This document shows, in pieces, positions 23,162 to 32,000 of a stretch of DNA of 32,000 nt. The position numbers and the translations under genes were made by a program. Numbering within the stretch: the first letter of the stretch is position 1; each line of letters opens with the position of its first letter. This DNA is from Candidatus Moranella endobia PCIT. Lineage in GTDB: Bacteria; Pseudomonadota; Gammaproteobacteria; Enterobacterales; Enterobacteriaceae. Under the pieces are notes generated by a model. That model saw nothing but the letters and a program-made list of their open reading frames with translations, was not told where the DNA came from and did not search any database. The DNA lies in the NCBI RefSeq assembly GCF_000219175.1, contig NC_015735.1, positions 30,001 to 62,000 on the forward strand. The letters run 5' to 3'.

Positions 23162-23380
23162 ATGTCTCACACTAACAAAGTTACTGGATTAGTCAAATGG
23201 TTTGATGCTGGTAAAGGTTTTGGTTTCATCACCCCTACTGACGGCAGCAGGGATGTATTTGTGCATTTTTCTGCCATCCAAAGCAATAATTTTAAAACTT
23301 TGGACGAAGGCCAGCGCGTAGAATTTACCATTGAGCAGGGTCAAAAAGGACCTTCTGCGGCTAATGTAGTTGCCCTGTAA
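23162..23380 (+). CDS. Cold-shock-like protein, CspC/CspE type
   Basis: 72 aa; [65 protein letters not shown]; RNP1/RNP2 motifs. Confidence 0.95.
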   Translation: MSHTNKVTGLVKWFDAGKGFGFITPTDGSRDVFVHFSAIQSNNFKTLDEGQRVEFTIEQGQKGPSAANVVAL

Positions 23381-23455
23381 GTAATACGATCAACAAAATT
23401 TTGTTGATAAATTGTTCATAATTTATTCTTTTCTTGCCAACGTCTTTAAACATGT

Positions 23456-23480
23456 CGCTGCGGTATAACTGCAGCGACTT
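23456..23480. terminator. Stem-loop between convergent csp and trpS genes, terminator-like
   Basis: GTCGCTGC-ggtataact-GCAGCGAC, 8-bp perfect stem; flanking T-run is weak. Confidence 0.5.
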
Positions 23481-23520
23481 AAACATAATGTTTAGTTAAT
23501 TGTGGTTTAAAAAAAAAGCA

Positions 23521-24525
23521 TTATTTTTTGGAAACAAAACCCAATGCTTCATGTACCTTATCTAAGGTTACGCTGGCCTGAGCGCTGGCTTTTTCTGCTC
23601 CATCGCCTAATACGCGAATTAGATATGATTCTTCAGTGCGTAGCGCATGGTAGCGGTTCTGTAACGAGGCTAGCATTTCTGATACCGCATCAGCTACCGC
23701 CATTTTGAGATGACAATACATTTTGCCGACAAACTCCTGTTCTAGCTCAGCCAACGGTATGCACGTTACGCCAGATAGAATATCCAGTAAATTGGAAATA
23801 CCTGGTTTAGCTACTTGATCGTAATATATGATCGATGGTTTGTCGGTATCGGTTACCGCACGCTTTAATTTCTTGCCAACAGATTTAGGATCTTCTAGTA
23901 GAGTAATAACATTACTGCGGTTATCATCTGATTTAGACATCTTTTTAGTTGGATTTAGTAATGACATCACTCTTGCGCCAGATTTAGGAATAAAAGGATC
24001 AGGCATAGTAAAAATGTCGCCATAAAGAATATTGAAACGCTTGGCAATATCTCGGCTTAGCTCTACATGCTGTTTCTGATCTGCACCAACCGGTACATAA
24101 TTTGTCTGATAAAGCAGAATATCGGCAGCCATTAGCACTGGATAATCAAACAGTCCAACGTTAATGTTGGCAGTGTTGCGAGCAGATTTATCCTTAAACT
24201 GGTTCATCCGATTCAGTTCACCAAAATAAGTATAACAATTCAATAACCAACCAAGTTGGCTATGCTCTGGTACGTGCGACTGAATGAACACTATACTTCT
24301 AGACGGATCAATACCGCAAGCTAAATAAAGCGCTAGACAGTCAAGCGTTGCTTTACGCAACTTCTGAGTATCTTGAAGAGAGGTGATGGCATGCAGGTCA
24401 ACAATACAATAAATGCAATCATAATCATCCTGCATACTAATCCACTGACGCAACGCACCAATATAGTTACCAATGGTCAATTCTCCTGAAGGTTGTGCGC
24501 CACTAAATACAATCTGTTTACTCAT
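23521..24525 (-). CDS. trpS: Tryptophanyl-tRNA synthetase
   Basis: [28 protein letters not shown]...[17 protein letters not shown]. Start at ATG 24525; the track ORF is extended upstream. Confidence 0.98.
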   Translation of the reverse strand: MSKQIVFSGAQPSGELTIGNYIGALRQWISMQDDYDCIYCIVDLHAITSLQDTQKLRKATLDCLALYLACGIDPSRSIVFIQSHVPEHSQLGWLLNCYTYFGELNRMNQFKDKSARNTANINVGLFDYPVLMAADILLYQTNYVPVGADQKQHVELSRDIAKRFNILYGDIFTMPDPFIPKSGARVMSLLNPTKKMSKSDDNRSNVITLLEDPKSVGKKLKRAVTDTDKPSIIYYDQVAKPGISNLLDILSGVTCIPLAELEQEFVGKMYCHLKMAVADAVSEMLASLQNRYHALRTEESYLIRVLGDGAEKASAQASVTLDKVHEALGFVSKK

Positions 24526-24612
24526 TTTAAAAATCCTGATTAACGGAAGTGAACACCTAGATTTGGGCAACAAAATATTGGCAAGATGCGATTTTGACCT
24601 CACTTCTTGTGT

Positions 24613-25425
24613 TTAACAATGGCGCGCCGCCAGCAGATTAGCCAACCTATAATAATGTTCAACACTTACATTTTCCGCACGCATAGTTGTGTCGATACCT
24701 TGTTCCTCCAACTGTTGTGTACTAAAAAGCTTACCCAAGCTATTACGTAGTGTCTTACGGCGCTGATTAAATGCTAAGCTGGTCAAGAGAGATAGTTTTC
24801 TCACATCCCGGATTGGGAATGGTAGCTTATCATACGGTACCAACCGGACCAATGTCGAATAAACTTTCGGCACCGGACAGAAGGCAATCGGCGGTACTTC
24901 CAGCACTGGGATAATATTACAGTAGTACTGGGCTATTACGCTCAACCTGCCGTAAGCCTTACTATTCGGGCCAGCAATCATACGTTTAACTACCTCTTTT
25001 TGTAGCATGAAGTGCATATCAAAAATGGCATAAGTATAGCTGAATAGTCGAAAAATAAGCTGCGTAGAAATATTGTAGGGCAGATTGCCGAATACCCGCA
25101 GCTGCCGACCAAGTTTGGTGGCCAGAGCACCGAAATCTACCTTCATCACGTCCTGCTGCAGGATATTGAGCTTAGTATGTAAAGAAGGATGTTGGTCCAA
25201 ACGGGCGATCAAATCACGGTCAAGCTCTATAACTGTCATACTATCGATATGCTGTGCTACCGGCTTGGTCAGAGCGCCCAGGCCAGGGCCTATCTCAACT
25301 ATTGCCTGGCCTGGCTCAGGACAAATGGCGGCAACAATAGCATCAATAATCAAGATATCGTGCAGAAAGTGCTGACCGAAACGTTTACGAGTTAGATGCC
25401 CCTGATAATAGATACGGTTATTCAT
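24613..25425 (-). CDS. rsmA: 16S rRNA (adenine1518/1519-N6)-dimethyltransferase
   Basis: [56 protein letters not shown]; start overlaps the pdxA stop. Confidence 0.97.
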   Translation of the reverse strand: MNNRIYYQGHLTRKRFGQHFLHDILIIDAIVAAICPEPGQAIVEIGPGLGALTKPVAQHIDSMTVIELDRDLIARLDQHPSLHTKLNILQQDVMKVDFGALATKLGRQLRVFGNLPYNISTQLIFRLFSYTYAIFDMHFMLQKEVVKRMIAGPNSKAYGRLSVIAQYYCNIIPVLEVPPIAFCPVPKVYSTLVRLVPYDKLPFPIRDVRKLSLLTSLAFNQRRKTLRNSLGKLFSTQQLEEQGIDTTMRAENVSVEHYYRLANLLAARHC

Positions 25426-26405
25426 TATTTTATTAGTTTGATAGTTAGATTAAGAGCTGATTTTATGCTGCTAGCATCCGCATGTCCCGATCCAGCTAGC
25501 TCAATGGCAGTACCATGAGCAACGGAGGTACGAATAAATGGAAGCCCTAGCGTAATATTAACAGCTCTGCCGCATCCCTGATACTTCAACACAGGCAGAC
25601 CCTGATCGTGATACATTGCGAGCACAGTATCCGCCTGTTGCAAATATTTTGGTTGAAATATAGTGTCGGCAGGTAAAGGACCGACTATATTATAATGTTG
25701 AGTGCGCAATGCATCCAGGGTAGGTGTTATCACCTCGATTTCTTCCCGTCCAAGATGGCCGCCTTCGCCGGCGTGAGGGTTCAGCCCACAAACATAGATG
25801 CACGGCTGAGCGATGCCAAATTTTTGCTGAAGATCATTGACTATAATCTTAATAACTGCGGCCAGGGAAGAGCTGGTAATTGCACTCGACACCGCCAGTA
25901 ACGGCAAGTGTGTGGTCATCAAAGCAACACGCAGTGACTCGGTCACTAACATCATAACCACGCGCTCGCGGCTGCAGCGTTCGGCAAAATATTCGGTATG
26001 GCTACTGAACGACAGACCACAATCGTTAATGATACCCTTATGCACCGGACCAGTGAGCAGCGCTGCGAACTCGCCGCCAAGGCAGCCATCGCAGGCGCGG
26101 GCTAGAGTTGCTATCACATAATTACTATTGTCAGCATTGAGTTCGCCGGCAATAACCGGCGCGGGCGCCTTGATGGCAAGCACCGTTAGTTCCCCTGCAG
26201 GCCGAGGTGTAGCCGGCTCATCTGGAAGATATTGGTGTAGCCGCAGTAACATGTTGAGCTGCCGCGCCCGCGCCGCTAGTAGCGTTGGATCGGCGCAAAT
26301 CACTAATTCTACCGGCCAAGCATGCTGAGCTAGCGCCACTATTAGATCGGTACCAATCCCGGCTGGTTCACCGGGGGTAATTACAATACGTTGCTGATCA
26401 TTCAT
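25425..26405 (-). CDS. pdxA: 4-hydroxythreonine-4-phosphate dehydrogenase
   Basis: [39 protein letters not shown]...[24 protein letters not shown]...[16 protein letters not shown]...[12 protein letters not shown]. Start assigned to ATG 26405, overlapping surA 3' end. Confidence 0.96.
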   Translation of the reverse strand: MNDQQRIVITPGEPAGIGTDLIVALAQHAWPVELVICADPTLLAARARQLNMLLRLHQYLPDEPATPRPAGELTVLAIKAPAPVIAGELNADNSNYVIATLARACDGCLGGEFAALLTGPVHKGIINDCGLSFSSHTEYFAERCSRERVVMMLVTESLRVALMTTHLPLLAVSSAITSSSLAAVIKIIVNDLQQKFGIAQPCIYVCGLNPHAGEGGHLGREEIEVITPTLDALRTQHYNIVGPLPADTIFQPKYLQQADTVLAMYHDQGLPVLKYQGCGRAVNITLGLPFIRTSVAHGTAIELAGSGHADASSIKSALNLTIKLIK

Positions 26406-27693
26406 ATTTATCGATAATTTTAACATAGGCTAATGCACGCTTTTCTTGCATCCAGGTTTGCGACTCTTCAGCAAACCGGCAGTTAAACTGCAGCCGATAA
26501 GATTGGTCTTGCTGGGCGACGTTGGTACGGACTACCTTACGTATGTCGATCAATTGAAGCAGATGCCAGCCAAAAGACGAATGCACTGGCGTGCTGACTT
26601 CATTTATTTTTAGCTGCCGCAGCGCCGCGCGGAAATCAGGGTCTAATGCCAAGGTGGAACTCCAGCCAAGATTACCTCCCTGAGGCGAGGAAAACGGGTC
26701 CTCAGAAAGCTGTTTAGCAGCAGTGTTGAAGCCAATATGGCCGCTCTTGATTTTCGACGCTATATCATCAAGCGTGAAACTTACTTGTTGATCGGTTATC
26801 ACCATAGAGGTGTGCAATAGAATGTGACGCAGATTAACTTCTATTTCAGTTATTGTTTGATGGCATCCGCGTATGTCTTTCACTTTCAAGATATGAAAAC
26901 CAACGCCGGAATGAATTGTGTCGATAATATGTTCTTTCTGAGTGCCTTGTTGCAAACGTGTCACAAACAGTGATGGTAGCTCTTCGAGCTTTTTCCAGCC
27001 CATCTTACCTACTTTAATAGGCTGTTGGTCAGCTGAGTCAGTTATCGCCAACTTGGTGAATATTGCTCTGCTCTTACTTAGTTTTACTAAATAATTGGCC
27101 AGAGCTGTCGCTTTATTTAGCTGATCATATGTTGGGTTTTCTGGCAGTGGAATCAGAATCTGACTCAGATTGAATTCTGCGCTGTTACCAGTTTGATAAG
27201 CGATCTGCGGCACAAGCACGTTCACTTCCTGCGGCGCAATGGCTATTCGCCGCAGAACTTTGCTATTACGCAATTCGCAAAATAGCATATTTTTATAAAT
27301 TTTCATCCGGTAAGTATTGTAGTCGATGCCATCATAGACTAAGTGACGGCGCAGTTGATCGTTAGTCATGTGGTTATTGGCAGAGATATTATCGAAATTC
27401 TGATCTAGCTGTTCATTGCTGATAGTGAGGTTAGCGCGCTGGGCAAGCTGAAACATGATGTTATCCATAATCAACTGGTCACAAACTTGGCGGCGCAGCG
27501 TTGCATATGCCGGCAAAGATTGATTAAATTTCTGAGCGCCGCGCATTACCGCAGCCAACATACTGTTAACATCGCTTTCAATTACTATACCGTTGTCTAC
27601 TACGACTGCAACTTGATCAATGACCTGTGACATAGCAAGGGTGCTATTGGCACCAAAAGCTAGGACTAGGATCAACGTGTTATAATGTTTCAC
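26398..27693 (-). CDS. surA: Periplasmic chaperone / peptidyl-prolyl isomerase SurA
   Basis: 431 aa; signal peptide, [19 protein letters not shown], two parvulin domains ([10 protein letters not shown]..., [16 protein letters not shown]). Between pdxA and lptD as in E. coli. Confidence 0.96.
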   Translation of the reverse strand: MKHYNTLILVLAFGANSTLAMSQVIDQVAVVVDNGIVIESDVNSMLAAVMRGAQKFNQSLPAYATLRRQVCDQLIMDNIMFQLAQRANLTISNEQLDQNFDNISANNHMTNDQLRRHLVYDGIDYNTYRMKIYKNMLFCELRNSKVLRRIAIAPQEVNVLVPQIAYQTGNSAEFNLSQILIPLPENPTYDQLNKATALANYLVKLSKSRAIFTKLAITDSADQQPIKVGKMGWKKLEELPSLFVTRLQQGTQKEHIIDTIHSGVGFHILKVKDIRGCHQTITEIEVNLRHILLHTSMVITDQQVSFTLDDIASKIKSGHIGFNTAAKQLSEDPFSSPQGGNLGWSSTLALDPDFRAALRQLKINEVSTPVHSSFGWHLLQLIDIRKVVRTNVAQQDQSYRLQFNCRFAEESQTWMQEKRALAYVKIIDKYE

Positions 27694-27755
27694 AACTGAT
27701 ATATTATTAGATGAGTTGTTAAGGTGGATGAAGTTTAATATTTAATAAAAAGCCG

Positions 27756-30092
27756 CTACATTTCGCTGATTGGATTGGGTAACATACCCGATATCAGCAT
27801 CTGGTTTTTAACTAGGCCAGAATTACTGTTCAAACCACGCAGTTCAATTTTAAATGATACCTTATTATCATAATTACTTGCACTATTTGTAGTATTCCAG
27901 CCGGTGATCTTCCGCTCATAGTTCATATTTATCGCCCAGCAGCAGTTATTATATTGCAGGCTGATAAGTTGATTAGTTGGCTGGTTGGTATTATGATCGT
28001 GATAATATGCTCCGACAATCGACAATCGCTTAACAAGCGGCCAAATGCCAATGACTCCAACTTGCGAAATGCCTTGTGTATAGCCGTTATGGCTAATACC
28101 TGAACATAACTTTTCAAGATATTGCTTACTTACGTAACGGTAGTTTAGCTGTAGTATACGATTATTGTTACACTTATACTCTAACACCGCATGGCCAAGC
28201 GTAAAGCGGTTTAGACATGATTCATATTGTAAGTTACCGCGTACTCCCCACTGGTTACTGATACGCCAGGAGCTATCTCCCGCCCATACCCAGCTGCCAA
28301 TATTATTCCAAGTACTGGTGATATCACCAGTACTTGGCGGTGAGAAGTAATAAATTTTACTAACGGAGGCGTTTAACCGTTCTGCATATTGCGCGTCATA
28401 AATTCTGGTAGTAAAGCTATTCATCAATTGGTTGGCAGAAGAAATACGGTCAAGGCCACTGTAGGTACGATCACTGAACATGCCGTAGTAGTTGGTTTGA
28501 AGGATTGTGGAGTCATAAACACCAATATCGTTTTGGTAACGATAAGGGACATATAGGTACTGCAGTCGCATCTCCAGCGTTTGCATGTACTTTGGCGCGT
28601 AATTCATATTGCGCTCAAACACCAGCGAACCATCTGTTTTGAACTGCGGCAAAACGCGGTTGATAACCCCCTTCAAATGGCGACCAGTAGAAATATTTTT
28701 GTTATAATCATCTATATTTTCCTGATAATAATGGGTAGCCATCAGCTTAGTTTCGGTACTCAGCTTCCCCCAACTGTTGGTGATTGGCAGGTTGAGCGTG
28801 GGCTCGATATGCAATCGGTAGGATTCGGGATAGTATTGGTTGAGGTTGGTAAATTTTGCTGCCTGACTGAATACTTTTAGGTTAAAAGGACCAAGGTCGT
28901 GTTTATAGTAAGTCAAATCTAACTGGGGCGCTGCGTTGTAGGCAGCGCTGCTTTTGTCAAACAACTGAAACTGCTTATAAGATAGTGCGGCGTCCAAATT
29001 TTCCTTGGTATAGCCTAAACTAAATTTTTGTATGGCGTAACCATCGGTGGTACTACCATACTTTGAATCAAGATCATCGAAATAATTGTAGTCGCTAACT
29101 TTGGTGTAATCGACGTTTAAACGCCAAACTTTATCCTGGACCCCGTTGTGATGCCAATGAAGCAACCAGCGGTTGCGGTGATGATCATCACTAGCGTTAT
29201 CACTACGGTAAAACCGTTCTTTGGGCAGCCAGTCAAATTCAAACAGCCCCTTTCCCCAAATAGTTAGGTAGCGTAACTCGGTCTGCATCTGGATACCACG
29301 TTTACTCAGGTATTTAGGAGTTATTGTAGCGTCGTAGTTGGGCGCCAGATTCAGGTAGTAGGGCGTGCTGAACTCCAAGCCATGATGACTGCCGTATTTA
29401 GCATGGGGAATCATCAATCCGGAACGACGTTTGTCACCTACTGGTATTTGTAAATAAGGACTGTAGAATACCGGTACTTTACCAATTTTGAAGCGAGCGT
29501 TCCAAATCTTGGCACATTGCCAATGTTTGTCATGAATAAACTCTGAACTAACCAAACTCCAGCTATTGTCTCCTTTTATACAGGAGGTAAAACTGCCGTT
29601 TTCTAATATCGTGTAGCGATTACCACGTCGTTTCATTGCAGCCGCGTCGCCACGGCCTGGTCGACCAACCATATAGTAATAACCATGATTGACATCGATA
29701 TCTTTGTTATTGAGATTAAACCAAGCTTTGGTACCATGCAGTTTAATCTCATTGCTCGCATAATTGACATTGCCGGTAGCAGTAATGGTACACAGAGGCG
29801 TTTTATTTTGATCTAAGCGCCTCTGTGTCAGCTGTAATTCATTGGCAGTTAGCGTCATTTTTCTCTGCTGAATTTCAGAGTTATTACTAAACATTGCATG
29901 TTTTTGTTCATGCGTTGTAGCTGGTTTTGCCTGTTGCACTGGCTGCTTATTAAGATCGCCATTTGCTATAAGTTTATTATCGTCCAAAAAACCAACAGAA
30001 CATTGCTCCGCAAGAGCTGCTTGTGCCGACTGGTAAAAGACTGACCCAATAAGGCTGGCAAGCAGCAGCAAGGCTAAACTGTGTTTCATCAT
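27756..30092 (-). CDS. lptD: LPS-assembly protein LptD
   Basis: 778 aa; EQCSVGFLDDNKLIANGD, MVGRPGRGDAAAMKRRGNRYTILENGSFTSC, IWNARFKIGKVPVFYSPYLQIPVGDKRRSGLMIPHAKY, VGAYYHDHNTNQ..ISLQYNNCCWAINMNYERK. Confidence 0.97.
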   Translation of the reverse strand: MMKHSLALLLLASLIGSVFYQSAQAALAEQCSVGFLDDNKLIANGDLNKQPVQQAKPATTHEQKHAMFSNNSEIQQRKMTLTANELQLTQRRLDQNKTPLCTITATGNVNYASNEIKLHGTKAWFNLNNKDIDVNHGYYYMVGRPGRGDAAAMKRRGNRYTILENGSFTSCIKGDNSWSLVSSEFIHDKHWQCAKIWNARFKIGKVPVFYSPYLQIPVGDKRRSGLMIPHAKYGSHHGLEFSTPYYLNLAPNYDATITPKYLSKRGIQMQTELRYLTIWGKGLFEFDWLPKERFYRSDNASDDHHRNRWLLHWHHNGVQDKVWRLNVDYTKVSDYNYFDDLDSKYGSTTDGYAIQKFSLGYTKENLDAALSYKQFQLFDKSSAAYNAAPQLDLTYYKHDLGPFNLKVFSQAAKFTNLNQYYPESYRLHIEPTLNLPITNSWGKLSTETKLMATHYYQENIDDYNKNISTGRHLKGVINRVLPQFKTDGSLVFERNMNYAPKYMQTLEMRLQYLYVPYRYQNDIGVYDSTILQTNYYGMFSDRTYSGLDRISSANQLMNSFTTRIYDAQYAERLNASVSKIYYFSPPSTGDITSTWNNIGSWVWAGDSSWRISNQWGVRGNLQYESCLNRFTLGHAVLEYKCNNNRILQLNYRYVSKQYLEKLCSGISHNGYTQGISQVGVIGIWPLVKRLSIVGAYYHDHNTNQPTNQLISLQYNNCCWAINMNYERKITGWNTTNSASNYDNKVSFKIELRGLNSNSGLVKNQMLISGMLPNPISEM

Positions 30093-30129
30093 CGCGCTGT
30101 TGTTTTTGACATTAGTGCTGGAATAGGCA

Positions 30130-30640
30130 CATTCTTAGACTTATAGTATTGTGGTATGGCAATGAATAAAAATTCATTCAGTAAAACCCCTTCTCGCTTA
30201 AAACCCATTTTGGTATAGATATGGATTGCTCATGTTATCTTCATCAACAATAAAATACAGCTTATGCAGATTTAGTACCATAAAACCGAAATGTAGCGCT
30301 AGGAGGTGCGCCTTGGAAACACTAGCATAGCCTTTTTACCTTGGTGCTCTCTCTGGCGCAAGAATAGAAAATTTGGCGCGCCTATGGGCCTATGGATATA
30401 ATCGATATCTACCAGGCCAATGGTAATGCCTTGCTTATCAAGAATGAACCGCCGCTCGCTCATATTATGAATATTTTTCTGGTACAGATCTGTTAACTCA
30501 ACATAGGCTTCGTATGACTCTTCAACCCAGTAGCGCATCATCATTATTATTAAGCTGATGAATAAAATGTAGATCATCACGTTCCAACAGACGCAGCTTG
30601 ATATTCTGATGCTCCTCAGATATTTGGCTTATTTTTTCAT
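30130..30640 (-). pseudogene. speG: Decayed speG (spermidine N1-acetyltransferase)
   Basis: Fragments NIKLRLLERDDLHFIHQLNNN; MRYWVEESYEAYVELTDLYQKNIHNMSERRFILDKQGITIGLVDIDYIHR; RRAKFSILAPE; HQGKKAM; LYFIVDEDN-like block; AIHIYTKMGFKREGVLLNEFLFI, across at least three frames. Track ORF 30299..30580 is its middle part. Confidence 0.9.
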
Positions 30641-30649
30641 TATTTAACC

Positions 30650-31005
30650 TCGCATACTAGCGGTGGCAGATAATCATACTGATCAATAATCGGCAATTAT
30701 AACAATTGCTCACCAAAAAGCCGGCAATAGCAATGGTAACAAAAACTAAGCAACCATGATCTTCGTCAGAAGCCATCGATGCCTAGTCTATTTATCAGCT
30801 TTCTGATTGAAAATTAATCAACAAGTAGCCTAAATTAGATAAATTCTACAATACTGTCAAAAAAATAACATGCGAGTTTTTATTGGAAAGTGGCGTTAAC
30901 AACCACCGCAGAAGCATTTCTGCGCAGTTGTTGCTTTTAGTATTTTTTGGTTCTTTGATGATCATCACTACCTGAACAATCACTATCCATAATGTGGATA
31001 TACCA
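30650..31005 (-). pseudogene. slmA: Decayed slmA (nucleoid occlusion factor)
   Basis: Minus-strand fragments HFPIKTRM (cf. HFPSKTRM) and, after a frameshift, FDSIVEFI*FRLLVD (cf. FDSLIEFIEDSLITR); directly downstream of dut as in E. coli dut-slmA. Ends are approximate. Confidence 0.68.
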
Positions 31006-31024
31006 CAGTCCAAATTGTGAGTTA

Positions 31025-31483
31025 CTATTGTCGACCAGAGTGGCCAAAGCCACTTTCGTTACGTTCGCTGATATTAATGAAGGAGTTAACTAAGTTAAAT
31101 GTAGCCTGCACAATTGGTATAAAGACCATTTGTGCTATTCGATCCCCTGGTTCAACGATAAAAATTTCTTGGCCGCGATTCCATACTGATACCATTAATG
31201 GTCCTTGGTAGTCCGAATCAATCAGTCCAATCATATTTCCCAGGACAATACCGTGCTTATGACCCAGACCGGAACGCGGCATAATCACTGCTGCCAGATT
31301 GGGATCGGCAATGTGAATTGCTAGCCCAGTCGGCAGAAGGTGAGTCTCTCCTGGTGCTAGTACCAACGGTTCATCGATACAAGCACGTAAATCAAGACCA
31401 GCAGATCCTCTGGTAGCGTAAGCAGGAAGCGGAAAACAATCGCCAAATCGTCGATCAAGTATCTTAACGTCGATGTTGTTCAT
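31025..31483 (-). CDS. dut: dUTP diphosphatase
   Basis: 152 aa; [29 protein letters not shown]...[38 protein letters not shown]...RIAQMVF...[11 protein letters not shown]; all dUTPase motifs. Confidence 0.98.
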   Translation of the reverse strand: MNNIDVKILDRRFGDCFPLPAYATRGSAGLDLRACIDEPLVLAPGETHLLPTGLAIHIADPNLAAVIMPRSGLGHKHGIVLGNMIGLIDSDYQGPLMVSVWNRGQEIFIVEPGDRIAQMVFIPIVQATFNLVNSFINISERNESGFGHSGRQ

Positions 31484-32000
31484 AATATATTCTGCAAAGT
31501 AAGAAGAAATAAAAATTAGCTTTGGTTAAGATGTCTACCTATAGCATACAATCATAAATAATATCAGACTACTGCTCCTCCATAACCAAGTAAAATGGAC
31601 TGTAACATGGCGAAAACAATTGTTATCATCTTGCTATTGCTGATGAACAGTACAAAATCAATTACAATAATTTATTATGTCACTGTAATCAACAATGTAA
31701 TCGGCTGTTAGCAGCGAAATATAGCACATATTCGTTTGTTTATGATGTTAAACCACCCATAAACAACAAATGTAGCAGCTACAAATAGCTGGTAAAGGTC
31801 CCATAACCAGATCTTTATCGTTGGTGGGATGCATAGGCGCTGTGACCAATGGTTTCTTTTTCCGCAAATATTATGTATGCTACTATTTAATGTTTAAATG
31901 TTAGGCGTAGCTTTTTAGATGAACAACATTTGCATATTATATCTTTTGGAAGACACTACGAAATAAAAATTTGCGAGCATAAATTAGCTATAATAGGCGG

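Noticed and set aside
25085-26328. Plus-strand ORFs antisense to rsmA and pdxA
   Set aside because: The opposite strand holds intact, conserved rsmA and pdxA; these are shadows.
30299-30580. 93-aa ORF as a possible novel small protein
   Set aside because: It is the central fragment of a speG pseudogene, not an independent gene.

Overview
This window looks like ordinary chromosome from a reduced-genome gammaproteobacterial (Enterobacterales-derived) insect endosymbiont. GC is moderate to low, roughly 70% of the sequence is intact coding DNA, gene blocks are conserved with E. coli, and the spacers contain decayed genes. Intact genes: hemC (partial), lptM/yifL-like, uvrD, cysS, hspQ, bacA/uppP, cca, grxD, rnt, fabI, ppa, ybaL, dapA, trxA, rho, tRNA-Arg(TCT), the argX-hisR-leuT-proM tRNA cluster, lpoB, hinT, gapA, a csp gene, trpS, rsmA-pdxA-surA-lptD, and dut. 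Reading the spacers in three frames gave clear remnants of folD, folB, speG and slmA, and a tentative plsY remnant; no intact ORF in the track represents any of these (fragments of folD and speG do appear). I found no mobile element, CRISPR array, phage, toxin-antitoxin or defence system, and no credible new multi-gene system. The best leads are: (1) an untracked 38-aa LptM-like lipoprotein kept together with an LptD that retains all four conserved cysteines; (2) a perfect 30-nt palindrome at the decayed plsY/folB junction; (3) two tRNA-Arg genes ending in TCA instead of CCA, with cca retained; (4) loss of two folate-pathway genes and of speG and slmA.
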